Shown here one piece after another: positions 1-10,509 of a stretch of 64,000 nucleotides of DNA; positions within the stretch are counted from its first letter, which is position 1; each line of letters begins with the position of its first letter. The translations under genes and the position numbers were made by a program. The notes under the pieces were generated by a model. The model had not been told where the DNA came from. It worked only from the letters and a program-made list of their open reading frames with translations, and ran no database searches. The DNA comes from an uncultured Bacteroidota bacterium (GTDB taxonomy: Bacteria; Bacteroidota; Bacteroidia; Bacteroidales; DTGW01), in NCBI GenBank assembly GCA_963701015.1, contig OY969556.1, positions 229,186-293,185 on the forward strand, given 5' to 3'.

Positions 1-22
1 TTATTGAATTAATTATTTTAGA

Positions 23-838
23 ATGAAAGGTAATTCTTTTTTTCAGTATCTTTTAAGCAGGGACTTTTGGAAACAAATTCGATTGGCTGCAGCTATCTTT
101 TTTGGGATCTTGTTTTTTGTAATAATCTTTCTTTGGTTTTTTACACGTCATAATAGTTCAAGACCTGTACCAGATTTTAAAGGGCTTTCAAAAACTGAAG
201 CAATTGAATTAGCAGATGATAATTCATTAAGAATTCAAATTGCCGATTCAGTTTTTAGCCAGGAACAAAAGCCTGGAACTATTGTTGAACAAGAACCTAA
301 AGCTGGAGTTCATGTTAAAAAGAATCGCCGAATTTTTTTGATAATAAATGCTTTGAACCCTGAAAAAGTTGCAATGCCAAATGTTATTGGCGTTTCAATA
401 CGACAAGCGGTAGCTATTTTAGAATCGAATGGGTTATTTGCGGGCCATTTAAGTTATGCAAGTGATATTGCAACCAATAATGTTTTGAAACAATTGTTTC
501 AGGGCAAGGCAATAAATCCAGGGAAAAAAATTAACAAAGGTTCATACATTAATTTGGTTTTGGGGAAAAACGGAAATTATGATTTTGCAAAAGTTCCAAA
601 CATTAGCGGTTTAACGTTGCGGAAAGCCCAGAGAATTATATCACAAGCAAGCCTTAATACAGGTAAAATTCATTACGATAATTCGGTAAAAAACTCGGCC
701 GATTCATTAAAAGCATTTATTATTAAACAGAAACCAGAGTTTACAGAAAACGAACAAGCTTCGTTAGGAGCGTATGTAGATTTGTGGCTTTCAGTGGATA
801 TGAAAAAAGTAAAAAAGGAGTCGAAAAAGGATGAATAA
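23..838 (+). CDS. PASTA domain-containing membrane protein
   Basis: N-terminal TM helix followed by three PASTA-like repeats (VPDFKG, MPNVIG, VPNISG); usual position upstream of rluD-ddl in Bacteroidota. Confidence 0.9.
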   Translation: MKGNSFFQYLLSRDFWKQIRLAAAIFFGILFFVIIFLWFFTRHNSSRPVPDFKGLSKTEAIELADDNSLRIQIADSVFSQEQKPGTIVEQEPKAGVHVKKNRRIFLIINALNPEKVAMPNVIGVSIRQAVAILESNGLFAGHLSYASDIATNNVLKQLFQGKAINPGKKINKGSYINLVLGKNGNYDFAKVPNISGLTLRKAQRIISQASLNTGKIHYDNSVKNSADSLKAFIIKQKPEFTENEQASLGAYVDLWLSVDMKKVKKESKKDE

Positions 839-3338
839 AATAAAAATTAGCATTTTAGCGCTATTCATTATTCATACTTTTCTAACCTATTCACAGGAAA
901 GTATCCGACCAAGTTTATATAATCCAAATATTAAACCTTATCCCGTTCATGCAAATCAAACAACTTTTAAGGAAAAATTAAAAAGTTCAACCAGTACATA
1001 TCCTTTTTTCGACGATTTTTCTGAATCCGGTAATTTAAATTCAAATTTATGGACAACAGGTTATGTTGATATTCGCGATTCTTCTGGTGACCAACCAAAT
1101 AAAAATTATGCAGTACTCGACAATAAAAAGGGCAATTATTATTATAACTCCACAATTATAGGAGATACATTGACTTCTCAAAATATTGACCTTTCTGGTG
1201 TTCACCAAAGCGACAATATTTATTTGAGCTATTATTTTAAATATTCTCCTTATAGCGATGCCAGCAGCAATACTTCTACATTTGCAGTTGAATTTTATTC
1301 TTCTGTCAATAACAATTGGAAAACAATAAGAACCTTTACTAATGCATTGCTATTTACAAAATATGCTTTTGATACTATTTCAATTAAAGATTCAATTTAT
1401 TTTAGTTCAAATTTTAAAATTCGATTTCGGGTTCAAAACCAATTAAAAAGTAATTCTTTAATGTTGGCTGATTCAACCTATAAACAAGATACGATTAATC
1501 AAAGTTGGAATTTAGATTATATTTATTTAAATAAAAGAAACGGAATACCAAAACAAGATACTTCGTCGGGTGGATTATGCCAACATCCGTATTTATCATT
1601 ACCTTTTTTCGATGATTTTTCTGACTCTATTGGATATGTTAAAAAACGTTTTTGGACCGATAATGATGTTTATATAAATAGTAGTTATGCAGATACTGCG
1701 CCATCTATAGGAGTGGCAACATTTGACGCGCTGAACAACCAGGGACATTTATATCCACAGGCATTAACAAACACCGTATTTTCGGCCGATAAATTTACGT
1801 CGGTTCGATTACCTATGTCATTATATAGTAGCGATAGCGTTTATTTAAGTTTTTATTATGAACCAGGTGGATTAGGTGAAATTCCTGACAAAACCGATTC
1901 TTTGATTTTGGAATTTTTTAATCCTTCTTCATTTACCTGGGATTGGGTTTGGTCAGTGCCTGGCGATTCTGTTAGAAAATTCAAGTTGGCAATGATTCCT
2001 ATAAAACAAAAGAAATATCTTGATTATGGATTTCAGTTCAGGTTCAGGAATTTAGCCAGTATAAATATTCAAAATGCTGATTTAGGAAGAAACGGGAATG
2101 GTGATATTTGGAATCTTGATTATGTTAAACTTGACAAGAACAGGCATTGGAACGATACGATATTTCATGATTTAGCTTTTATGAGCCCTTTGAAATGCCC
2201 TTTGTTAAATTTTACATCAATTCCCCAAAGTCATTTCAGATTACCTTCAACCTATGCTAAGGCAATGGATCAGGGTGTGCTGGCTTTTGCAATACAAAAT
2301 AATGATAATATTTCAAGAGGGGTTCAGGTTTCATGTATGATTAAGGATTTCTTCGATTCCGAAAGTTATCCAGGTGGTGATCCCAGCGCTTTACAAGCCA
2401 GGGCGGATACTATAGTTTCATTCAATAATTATCTTTTAATTGAGAATCCGATACTTTCACAAAACGCTGATTCGGCATACTTTAAAATAACTTTATCGTT
2501 GGATAGTACCTTACAGAATGAGCCACATGCAAACGACACATTGGTATATTATCAACTTTTCAGGAATTTTTATTCGTATGACGATGGATCTGCTGAATGG
2601 GGTTATGGCATTGGAGGCATTAATTCGAAAAATGCCCAGATTGCTTTAAGGTATAAAACTTATTTGGCTGATTCGCTTCAAGCGGTTGATATTTATTTTA
2701 ACCCAACATTGAATAAAATAAGCTCTGACGGATCGACTATTGACACTACTTTTAAACTGATGGTTTGGGCTCTAAATGGATCAAAACCAGGAACAGTTTT
2801 ATATGCTTCAAAAGACACTTCGTATTCACCTTATATTGGGTTTCATAGGTATTTTCTAAATCCACCCATTGCAGTACCTCAGGACTATTTTGTTGGAACC
2901 AAGCAAAATGACAATTATTTTTTAAACATTGGTTTTGATGTAAGCCGGAATAATTCTGACAAGCTATATTATAATACCGACAATATTGATTCAGCATATT
3001 CCTGGATACCTTCTTCGATTAAAGGTACATTAATGATACGCCCGATTGTGGGTAATTGGAAAGATGCTCTTTCAACAGTAAAATCAAATTCATTGAATTC
3101 ACAAGATATTCGCATTTTTCCTAATCCAACTTCCGGAATATTGAATATTGTAATTCCTGAAAACAACTTGAATAATAAAATTATGCTTTTTGATTTAACT
3201 GGTAAACTCCTAAAAAATGAAGAATTATCAACTTCAATAATAAATATAAATGATTTGCATCCAGGAATTTATCTTTTACGCGTTGTTACAGGAAACGGAA
3301 ATATTTATAATGCCAAAGTCGTTAAATATACTTATTAA
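831..3338 (+). CDS. T9SS type A sorting domain-containing protein with an internally duplicated N-terminal domain
   Basis: Signal peptide; C-terminal IFPNPT...GIYLLRV...KVVK T9SS CTD; PFFDDFS...WNLDY block present twice. Confidence 0.85.
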   Translation: MNKIKISILALFIIHTFLTYSQESIRPSLYNPNIKPYPVHANQTTFKEKLKSSTSTYPFFDDFSESGNLNSNLWTTGYVDIRDSSGDQPNKNYAVLDNKKGNYYYNSTIIGDTLTSQNIDLSGVHQSDNIYLSYYFKYSPYSDASSNTSTFAVEFYSSVNNNWKTIRTFTNALLFTKYAFDTISIKDSIYFSSNFKIRFRVQNQLKSNSLMLADSTYKQDTINQSWNLDYIYLNKRNGIPKQDTSSGGLCQHPYLSLPFFDDFSDSIGYVKKRFWTDNDVYINSSYADTAPSIGVATFDALNNQGHLYPQALTNTVFSADKFTSVRLPMSLYSSDSVYLSFYYEPGGLGEIPDKTDSLILEFFNPSSFTWDWVWSVPGDSVRKFKLAMIPIKQKKYLDYGFQFRFRNLASINIQNADLGRNGNGDIWNLDYVKLDKNRHWNDTIFHDLAFMSPLKCPLLNFTSIPQSHFRLPSTYAKAMDQGVLAFAIQNNDNISRGVQVSCMIKDFFDSESYPGGDPSALQARADTIVSFNNYLLIENPILSQNADSAYFKITLSLDSTLQNEPHANDTLVYYQLFRNFYSYDDGSAEWGYGIGGINSKNAQIALRYKTYLADSLQAVDIYFNPTLNKISSDGSTIDTTFKLMVWALNGSKPGTVLYASKDTSYSPYIGFHRYFLNPPIAVPQDYFVGTKQNDNYFLNIGFDVSRNNSDKLYYNTDNIDSAYSWIPSSIKGTLMIRPIVGNWKDALSTVKSNSLNSQDIRIFPNPTSGILNIVIPENNLNNKIMLFDLTGKLLKNEELSTSIININDLHPGIYLLRVVTGNGNIYNAKVVKYTY

Positions 3339-4360
3339 TGATTGATGAAGAAATTCGTGAAAATGCTGATTTATATGAGCATTTCAGAATAATAGTAGAT
3401 AAAGGGCAAAACCTTGTGAGAATTGATAAGTTCCTTCAAAACCGGATTGAAAATGCTTCGCGAACAAAAATTCAAAACGCAGCCGATGCTGGAAATATAG
3501 TTGTAAATGATAAAATAGTTAAATCGAATTATAAAATCAAACCCAATGATATAATATCTGTTGTACTTGCTTTTCCTCCACGTGATACTGAAATTATACC
3601 TGAAAATATTCCTCTGGATGTTGTTTTTGAAGATGATGAAATTGCAATTATTAATAAAAAGGCAGGAATGGTTGTGCACCCGGCACATGGCAATTATACA
3701 GGAACTCTTGTTAATGCTTTATACTGGCGCTATAAAGATTTGCCACTTTTCCAAAGTGGCGATTTACGTCCAGGTTTAGTTCATAGAATTGATAAGGATA
3801 CTTCTGGAATTATGGTTATTGCCAAAAGCGAATTGTCATTGAACCGTTTAGCCAAACAGTTTTTTCATCATACAATTGACAGGCATTATCTGGCGTTGGT
3901 TTGGGGAGCTTTTGATATTGAAGAAGGAACAATAACAGGAAATATCTGGCGTAGCAAATATGATCGTAAAATTATGGCTGTTTATAATGACGAATCGATT
4001 GGCAAACATGCAATAACACATTATAAAGTTGTTGAACGTTTGGGCTATGTAACACTTGTTGACTGTAAACTTGAAACAGGACGTACGCATCAAATCCGTG
4101 TGCATTTCAAGCATATTGGTCATCCATTATTTAATGATAGTGAATATGGTGGCGATAAAATATTGAAAGGCACAACTTTCGCCAAGTACAAACAATTCGT
4201 CGAAAATTGTTTTAAAATTTTGCCACGACAGGCATTACATGCAAAATCGCTGGCATTCGAACATCCGGTTACAAAAAAAAGAATGTTTTTCGATTCTGAA
4301 TTACCTTCAGATATGCAGGAAGTAATTGAAAAATGGAGAATATATACGAATAATCGTTAA
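3338..4360 (+). CDS. rluD: RluA-family 23S rRNA pseudouridine synthase
   Basis: S4 domain, NKKAGMVVHP, HRIDKDTSG catalytic motif, TGRTHQIRVH. Confidence 0.93.
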   Translation: MIDEEIRENADLYEHFRIIVDKGQNLVRIDKFLQNRIENASRTKIQNAADAGNIVVNDKIVKSNYKIKPNDIISVVLAFPPRDTEIIPENIPLDVVFEDDEIAIINKKAGMVVHPAHGNYTGTLVNALYWRYKDLPLFQSGDLRPGLVHRIDKDTSGIMVIAKSELSLNRLAKQFFHHTIDRHYLALVWGAFDIEEGTITGNIWRSKYDRKIMAVYNDESIGKHAITHYKVVERLGYVTLVDCKLETGRTHQIRVHFKHIGHPLFNDSEYGGDKILKGTTFAKYKQFVENCFKILPRQALHAKSLAFEHPVTKKRMFFDSELPSDMQEVIEKWRIYTNNR

Positions 4361-4426
4361 TTGTAAATGGTAGAAACATTTCTTTTAAATCAGAATATTA
4401 TATTTGTCTTGTAAAAAATTAATAAA

Positions 4427-5404
4427 ATGAAAAGAAATATAGCCATAGTTGGAGGTGGAAATTCATCCGAATGGGTTATATCCGTTCAAAGTGCTGATAT
4501 GTTGGCAAATGAATTTAAAAATTCGGATTACAATACTTATGTCGTTCAAATTCGCGGCAATGAATGGAAAGTTAAAATTAATAATGATACACAAGTTGAC
4601 ATTAATAAAGGTGATTTTAGCTTTTATTGGAATGGCGATAATGTAAAATTCAACTGTGCAATAATTGCAATTCATGGTACTCCTGGTGAAGATGGTAAGC
4701 TTCAGGCATACTTTGAATTATTAGATATACCATATACATCTTGTGGAATATTAGCATCTTCATTAACTTTTAATAAAAATGCCTGCAAAGTTTATCTTAA
4801 AAACTATGGTATCCTTTCTGCAAAAGCAGTATTGTTGAAAAAAGGCGATAAAATAGATATAGAGGCAATTGAAAAGGAATTACAATTTCCATGCTTTGTT
4901 AAACCCAATGAATCCGGATCAAGTTTTGGAATTTCAAAAATTGAAAATTCGAATGAATTGTTAAATGCAGTTGAACATGCTAAAACCGAAGGTGAAGATG
5001 TTATAATTGAAGAGTTTATTAAAGGTACAGAAGTTACATGTGGGTTGGTGAAAACCAAAGCAAATACATTTATTTTCCCTATTACCGAAATAGTTTCAAA
5101 AAAAGAATTTTTCGATTATGAAGCTAAATATACGCCGGGAATGTCAGATGAAATTATTCCGGCTAGGATTAATGAAGAAATGGCTGAAAAAGTACGAAAA
5201 ACTTCATCTGCAATTTATGATGCTGTTAATTGTCGCGGTATAGTGAGGATTGATTATATAATTTCAGGAAATAGCCCCTATTTCCTGGAAGTTAACACTG
5301 TACCAGGTATGAGTCCTAATAGTATTGTTCCCAAGCAAATTCGTGAAGCCGGGTTAAATATTACCGAAGTGTACAAATTAATAATAGAAGATGTTTGTAG
5401 TTAG
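4427..5404 (+). CDS. ddl: D-alanine--D-alanine ligase
   Basis: HGTPGEDG, GSSFG, FFDYEAKY and EVNTVPG motifs. Confidence 0.95.
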   Translation: MKRNIAIVGGGNSSEWVISVQSADMLANEFKNSDYNTYVVQIRGNEWKVKINNDTQVDINKGDFSFYWNGDNVKFNCAIIAIHGTPGEDGKLQAYFELLDIPYTSCGILASSLTFNKNACKVYLKNYGILSAKAVLLKKGDKIDIEAIEKELQFPCFVKPNESGSSFGISKIENSNELLNAVEHAKTEGEDVIIEEFIKGTEVTCGLVKTKANTFIFPITEIVSKKEFFDYEAKYTPGMSDEIIPARINEEMAEKVRKTSSAIYDAVNCRGIVRIDYIISGNSPYFLEVNTVPGMSPNSIVPKQIREAGLNITEVYKLIIEDVCS

Positions 5405-5482
5405 TTTTAAAGGTGATGCAAATCACTTGTTAAAATGATGTAGATTATAGTTAAAAATTAAAATAAATCTGAAAACATTATT

Positions 5483-5490
5483 TATCTTTG
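5483..5490 (+). promoter_or_regulatory. Bacteroidota -7 promoter element (TATCTTTG)
   Basis: Matches TAnnTTTG, 4 nt before a hairpin starting at 5495. Confidence 0.5.
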
Positions 5491-5494
5491 TTCC

Positions 5495-5602
5495 ATTGAT
5501 TAAAGCAGGGGTGTTTTAATCAATTTTGGTAATTTAGGTTTTAAGGGTTAAATTTTAGGGTTTAGGTTTGGCAGGTATGTGAAAACATACCTGCTTTTTT
5601 TA
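5495..5602 (+). ncRNA. Candidate small RNA (5' hairpin, UUAGG-rich linker, terminator)
   Basis: Promoter at 5483, hairpin 5495-5524, repeated TTAGG/TAAGG motifs, terminator 5571-5602, no ORF. Confidence 0.45.
5571..5602 (+). terminator. Intrinsic terminator
   Basis: GCAGGTATGT-gaaa-ACATACCTGC perfect 10-bp stem followed by a T-run. Confidence 0.85.
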
Positions 5603-5641
5603 TTATACCTAATTTAAATGATAAATCTGAACTTAAATTTA

Positions 5642-7033
5642 TTATAAGTGTATAACTTCTCCATAAGCTGCAGCCGCAGCTTCCATAATAGCTTCACTCA
5701 TTGTTGGATGCGGATGTATTGATTTCATTATCTCATGTCCTGTAGTTTCAAGGTTTCGGGCAACAACTAATTCGGCAATCATTTCAGTAACATTTAAGCC
5801 AATCATATGTGCGCCTAAAAGTTCGCCATATTTCGAGTCAAAAATTAATTTTACAAATCCATCTTTATTACCAGCAGCGCTTGCCTTTCCAGATGCTGTG
5901 AACGGAAATTTACCGACCTTTACTTCAATGCCTTTTTCTTTTGCTGCCTTTTCTGTCATGCCCACTGACGCAACTTCAGGCGTTGTATAAGTACAACCTG
6001 GAATATTATCATATTTAATAGGTTCTGGATTTAAACCAGCAATTTTTTCAACACAGGTAATGCCTTCAGCTGATGCAACATGCGCCAGTGCCGGGCCATG
6101 AACAATATCACCAATTGCATAAACGCCATTAATATTGGTTTTGTAAAAATCGTCTACTACAATTTTGTTTTTTTCAACTTTTATACCCAATTCTTCAAGA
6201 CCAATGTTTTCGATGTTTGGAGCAATACCTACTGCCGAAAGCACTATGTCAACTTCCTTGGTAATTTCGCCTGAAGGTGTTTTAATTTTTACTGTGCAGG
6301 TTTCACCTTTAATTTCAACAGATTCAACCGATGACGAAACCAAAACTTCCATACCTTCTTTTTTAAAAGAACGTTCCAATTGTTTTGAAACTTCTTCATC
6401 TTCAATGGGTACAATAGTTGGTAAAAATTCCACCAATGTAACCTTTGTTCCAATTGAATTATAAAAACTTGCGAATTCGCTACCAATGGCACCTGAACCT
6501 ATTACAACCATTGATGCTGGTTGCTTAGGTAAGGTCATGGCTTCGCGATAACCAATAATTTTTTTGCCATCTTGTTTTATATTTGGTAATTCGCGTGAAC
6601 GGGCACCGGTAGCAATAATAATATGTTGTGCCGTATGTTCAACTTTTTTCCCATCAGTTTGTGTTACTTCAACCGTAGAAGCATTTTTTAATTTTGCTGT
6701 TCCGGTAATAACTTCAATTTTATTTTTTTTGAATAAAAATTGAATGCCTTTACTCATCCCGTCTGCAACTCCTCGGCTTCGTTTTACCATACCTCCAAAG
6801 TCAGGTTTTACAGTGCCTTCAATTTTAACGCCATAATCAATAGCATGTTTAGTATAATCAAATACCTGTGCGCTTTTAAGTAATGATTTTGTTGGAATAC
6901 AACCCCAATTTAGGCAAATTCCACCTAATTCACTTTTTTCAATTACAGCAACTTTTTTACCAAGTTGTGATGCTCTAATAGCAGCCACATATCCACCGGG
7001 ACCGCTTCCAATAATAATTATATCGTAATTCAT
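5642..7033 (-). CDS. lpdA: Dihydrolipoyl dehydrogenase
   Basis: GSGPGG, GGICLNWGCIP redox disulfide, HPHPTMSE. Confidence 0.96.
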   Translation of the reverse strand: MNYDIIIIGSGPGGYVAAIRASQLGKKVAVIEKSELGGICLNWGCIPTKSLLKSAQVFDYTKHAIDYGVKIEGTVKPDFGGMVKRSRGVADGMSKGIQFLFKKNKIEVITGTAKLKNASTVEVTQTDGKKVEHTAQHIIIATGARSRELPNIKQDGKKIIGYREAMTLPKQPASMVVIGSGAIGSEFASFYNSIGTKVTLVEFLPTIVPIEDEEVSKQLERSFKKEGMEVLVSSSVESVEIKGETCTVKIKTPSGEITKEVDIVLSAVGIAPNIENIGLEELGIKVEKNKIVVDDFYKTNINGVYAIGDIVHGPALAHVASAEGITCVEKIAGLNPEPIKYDNIPGCTYTTPEVASVGMTEKAAKEKGIEVKVGKFPFTASGKASAAGNKDGFVKLIFDSKYGELLGAHMIGLNVTEMIAELVVARNLETTGHEIMKSIHPHPTMSEAIMEAAAAAYGEVIHL

Positions 7034-7065
7034 TTTACTGGTATTATAATAATTTAATAAATACT

Positions 7066-8100
7066 TTATTTCAATATGAATAAACCAATTAATCCAACAA
7101 TTAAACCAATTAAAATGTTTATAGCCTTTGCAAGGAAAAAACTTTTTTTCGATTCGGCCAGTAAAGGCAAAGCTCCATGTCCATCTTGCACTATTGCACT
7201 GGCTAGCAGTGTTGAAAACGGAATACTTCCACTAATAAATAATGTAACGAAAATTAGGTGTGGCCCAGATTCCGGTATAATTCCAATTAAAACTGCAATA
7301 ACTAAAATTGCTACCTGATTCGTCCTTATCCAAGTATCCCAATGCAAATATTTGTTGAAAATTGCTATAAATAAGAATGCACCAAATGTCCATAGGAAAA
7401 TGCGTAAAAAATGTTTTTTTACAAGATGCTTCCATAAGTGATCTTCTAAAAAATGTTCTGAAACAGCCACAATAATGAACAGACCGCATAGCATTAATAC
7501 CAGAAACGAAATTTGTTCCCAGTCCCAACTTTTATTTAAACTTCCTTCATTAAATTCCCCGGCAAGAATTCCAATTATAATAAGTAATATACCTCCCAAT
7601 AACGCACCTCTTGGAAAACTTATATTTCTGATATTCGTGTAAATTTTTTGAAAATCAAACACTTTAACATCAGTTTCTTTTGCATGAATTTCAAAATGCA
7701 AATTTTTAGGTTGTATAAATTTTTTATTTCGAATAAAATAATCAACTAGAAAGCCTGCAATAATTGATATTATAAAAATTATTATACAAAGTTTAAGTGT
7801 GGTTAAAGGGATTAAAGCAAACATTACAAATGCTTCATCGCCAAATGTTGAAATTAAAGCTGTGACAAGTGCTCCAAAACTCACCAAATTATGAATATAC
7901 ATTGAAACTACCCCGAAAGTGCCAGCACAGCCTGGAATAACTCCCATAAATCCAGTTAATAAATATTGTAACCATTGTCTTTTTTCTAAACCTTTAGTCC
8001 AGTTTCCGCTGGTTTGAACATTTATAAATTCAATTAATAACATGATAACCAGTACAAAACTGGTGACCATAATTGTGTTTTTAATAGTTTCAATCAGCAT
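7066..8100 (-). CDS. Putative manganese/metal transporter (multi-pass membrane protein)
   Basis: IPGCAG, TFGDEAF, IPESGPH, QDGHG motifs; many TM segments; divergent from SOD. Confidence 0.65.
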   Translation of the reverse strand: MLIETIKNTIMVTSFVLVIMLLIEFINVQTSGNWTKGLEKRQWLQYLLTGFMGVIPGCAGTFGVVSMYIHNLVSFGALVTALISTFGDEAFVMFALIPLTTLKLCIIIFIISIIAGFLVDYFIRNKKFIQPKNLHFEIHAKETDVKVFDFQKIYTNIRNISFPRGALLGGILLIIIGILAGEFNEGSLNKSWDWEQISFLVLMLCGLFIIVAVSEHFLEDHLWKHLVKKHFLRIFLWTFGAFLFIAIFNKYLHWDTWIRTNQVAILVIAVLIGIIPESGPHLIFVTLFISGSIPFSTLLASAIVQDGHGALPLLAESKKSFFLAKAINILIGLIVGLIGLFILK

Positions 8101-8231
8101 TTTTCAATCAGCATTTCATTAATCAAAGGTATTACATTTTAAAATGTTGAAAAATTGAAAAATTAGCAAAGAAAGTTTTCGGTTTTTTCAATTTTTATGT
8201 AACTTAACAATCCATTTAAAAACTAAACATC

Positions 8232-8807
8232 ATGGCATTTGAATTACCTAAATTAAATTTCGATTTGGACAAACTTGCTCCAAGCATAAGTAAACAAACG
8301 CTTGATTTTCATTATGGAAAACATCATCAGGCATATGTAAATAATCTCAACAATCTTGTAAAAGGTTCGAAATTTGAAAATGCTTCGCTCGAAACCATTA
8401 TTCGCGAAGCGTCTGGTGGTATTTTTAATAATGGAGCTCAAATTTGGAACCATACTTTTTATTTTCAATCGTTCTCTCCGTCAGGTGGGAGTGAACCTAC
8501 CGGGAAACTTGCCGATGCAATAAAAAGTAATTTTGGATCATTTGCTGAGTTCAAAGAAAAGTTTTCAACTGCGTCAATGACATTGTTTGGCTCAGGTTGG
8601 GCTTGGCTGGTTAAAAAGGACGATGGAAAACTTGATATTATGCAAGAATCAAATGCAGGCAATCCTTTAAAAATAGGTTTTACACCAATTTTGACGTGTG
8701 ATGTATGGGAGCATGCCTACTATCTTGATTACCAAAACAAACGTGCAGATTACATTGCAGCATTTTGGAATATAATTGATTGGGAAATTGTTGGTGCAAG
8801 ATTATAG
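8232..8807 (+). CDS. sodB: Fe/Mn superoxide dismutase
   Basis: HYGKHH, WNHTFY, DVWEHAYY metal ligands; metal specificity cannot be fixed from sequence alone. Confidence 0.9.
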   Translation: MAFELPKLNFDLDKLAPSISKQTLDFHYGKHHQAYVNNLNNLVKGSKFENASLETIIREASGGIFNNGAQIWNHTFYFQSFSPSGGSEPTGKLADAIKSNFGSFAEFKEKFSTASMTLFGSGWAWLVKKDDGKLDIMQESNAGNPLKIGFTPILTCDVWEHAYYLDYQNKRADYIAAFWNIIDWEIVGARL

Positions 8808-8863
8808 CAAAAGTCAAAATTGTTATAATTAAATATTTCGATGCTTATATAATTCGCAATACG

Positions 8864-10453
8864 TCAAATTACTTTTATTTTGAGTTGTTGACCTGGCATT
8901 AATGATGTATTGGAATTTAAATTATTCCATTTGCAAATATCATCAAAGGTAATACCTGGATAGCGTTTTGCTATATCCCATAATGAGTCGCCTTCTTTTA
9001 CTGTATAAAATATAAATTTATCCTGTCCTGATAAAGTAGAACTTAAATTATTTGAATTAAAATCTTTTTGAGTGTTCACTTTTTCTGGTTGTTCGTATTG
9101 AGCAACCATCTTTTTTGGAATATATATAATAAGTTTCTGACCATCTCTAATTCTATAGCTATATAAGTCGTTCCAATCCATTAAATCGTTTAAGCGACAG
9201 TTAAAATGTTCGGCAATTAGTCCAAGTGATTCACCTGTTTTTACCCTATAATATATTGCTTTATAATTATTATTCGGCTTATAATTGTTTTTATAAGAAG
9301 TATAATTGGGCGATTTGTTTAATTCTTTTAAATTAAAATAGATGGAATCTTTATAAGCATATATGGAATCCTTTAAATCAATAAATTTCGAAGTGTATTC
9401 AACAGGTAAAGTCAGTGGATAACTCATGCCCCTTGCAGGTATAATATCATGAAGATATTGTGGGTTCAAGTCACGCAATTCGTCAATAGGTATTTTAAGT
9501 AAATCTGAAACCTGCATTAAATGCAATGGTTTATTTACCATAATTGTGTCTGTTTTTAATGGCATTACAGCAGGAATTGGTACAATGTTGTGTTCTTTAT
9601 AATATGTCATTGTATAAACTGCAGCAATAAAGGCCGGAACATATCCACGAGTTTCGCGTGGCAAATAGCGATATATATCCCAAAAGTTGCGTCGTCCTCC
9701 GGCACGTCTAATTGCTTTATTAACATTTCCAGGGCCGCAATTATAAGCAGCAACAACTAATTGCCAATCGCCATAGATTGAATATAAATCTTTAGCATAT
9801 CTTGCCGCAGCCTGTGTTTCTTTAATTGGGTCGCACCTGTCATCAACTAGACTATTCATAGATAATCCATATAACTTTGCTGTTCCATACATAAACTGCC
9901 AAACACCAATTGCACGCGTACGCGAGCGTGCACGTGGATTTAATGCCGATTCAATTATAGAAATATATTTTAATTCATTGGGAACGCCATAATAATCGAA
10001 AATTTCATCAAATTTTGGAAAGTAATAATCCGCCAATCCCAGCATTACCTGTACTCTATCGCGCTTTCGCTGTGTGTACATTTCAATATATTGTCGTACT
10101 ATCGGGTTATAAGTTAATTTAAACACACTTGGGATGCGCAATAAACGATTCATATAAACTGAATCGGGGATATTTGTGAAAGATGAACTGAGGCTAATGG
10201 TATCATTCACTAAATCTTCAACAGCGGGCGAATTTCGTATATACCAAAGGTTCAGCATGCTGTCTAAATTATCTGAATATACTTTTTGATTTTGGTTTAA
10301 ATCGTCAATTTCAGCTGTATCGCCCTGTTTGGCTAATATAGGCATAGAAAAAGAACCTAATATTAAAAATATACTTAAAGTAAAAATTGTATTCACTCGT
10401 GAATGGATATTCAATTTCATTTTCAATCCTCTTTTAATAAGTTCATATAACAC
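8864..10453 (-). CDS. mltD: MltD-like lytic murein transglycosylase with two LysM domains
   Basis: IIES, GVWQFM, AAYNCG and ETRGYV SLT motifs; two C-terminal LysM; true start may be the second Met. Confidence 0.88.
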   Translation of the reverse strand: MLYELIKRGLKMKLNIHSRVNTIFTLSIFLILGSFSMPILAKQGDTAEIDDLNQNQKVYSDNLDSMLNLWYIRNSPAVEDLVNDTISLSSSFTNIPDSVYMNRLLRIPSVFKLTYNPIVRQYIEMYTQRKRDRVQVMLGLADYYFPKFDEIFDYYGVPNELKYISIIESALNPRARSRTRAIGVWQFMYGTAKLYGLSMNSLVDDRCDPIKETQAAARYAKDLYSIYGDWQLVVAAYNCGPGNVNKAIRRAGGRRNFWDIYRYLPRETRGYVPAFIAAVYTMTYYKEHNIVPIPAVMPLKTDTIMVNKPLHLMQVSDLLKIPIDELRDLNPQYLHDIIPARGMSYPLTLPVEYTSKFIDLKDSIYAYKDSIYFNLKELNKSPNYTSYKNNYKPNNNYKAIYYRVKTGESLGLIAEHFNCRLNDLMDWNDLYSYRIRDGQKLIIYIPKKMVAQYEQPEKVNTQKDFNSNNLSSTLSGQDKFIFYTVKEGDSLWDIAKRYPGITFDDICKWNNLNSNTSLMPGQQLKIKVI

Positions 10454-10509
10454 AAAATTAAAAAATATATATACTAAATATATATTTCAAAATTTTATTC
10501 AAATATATA

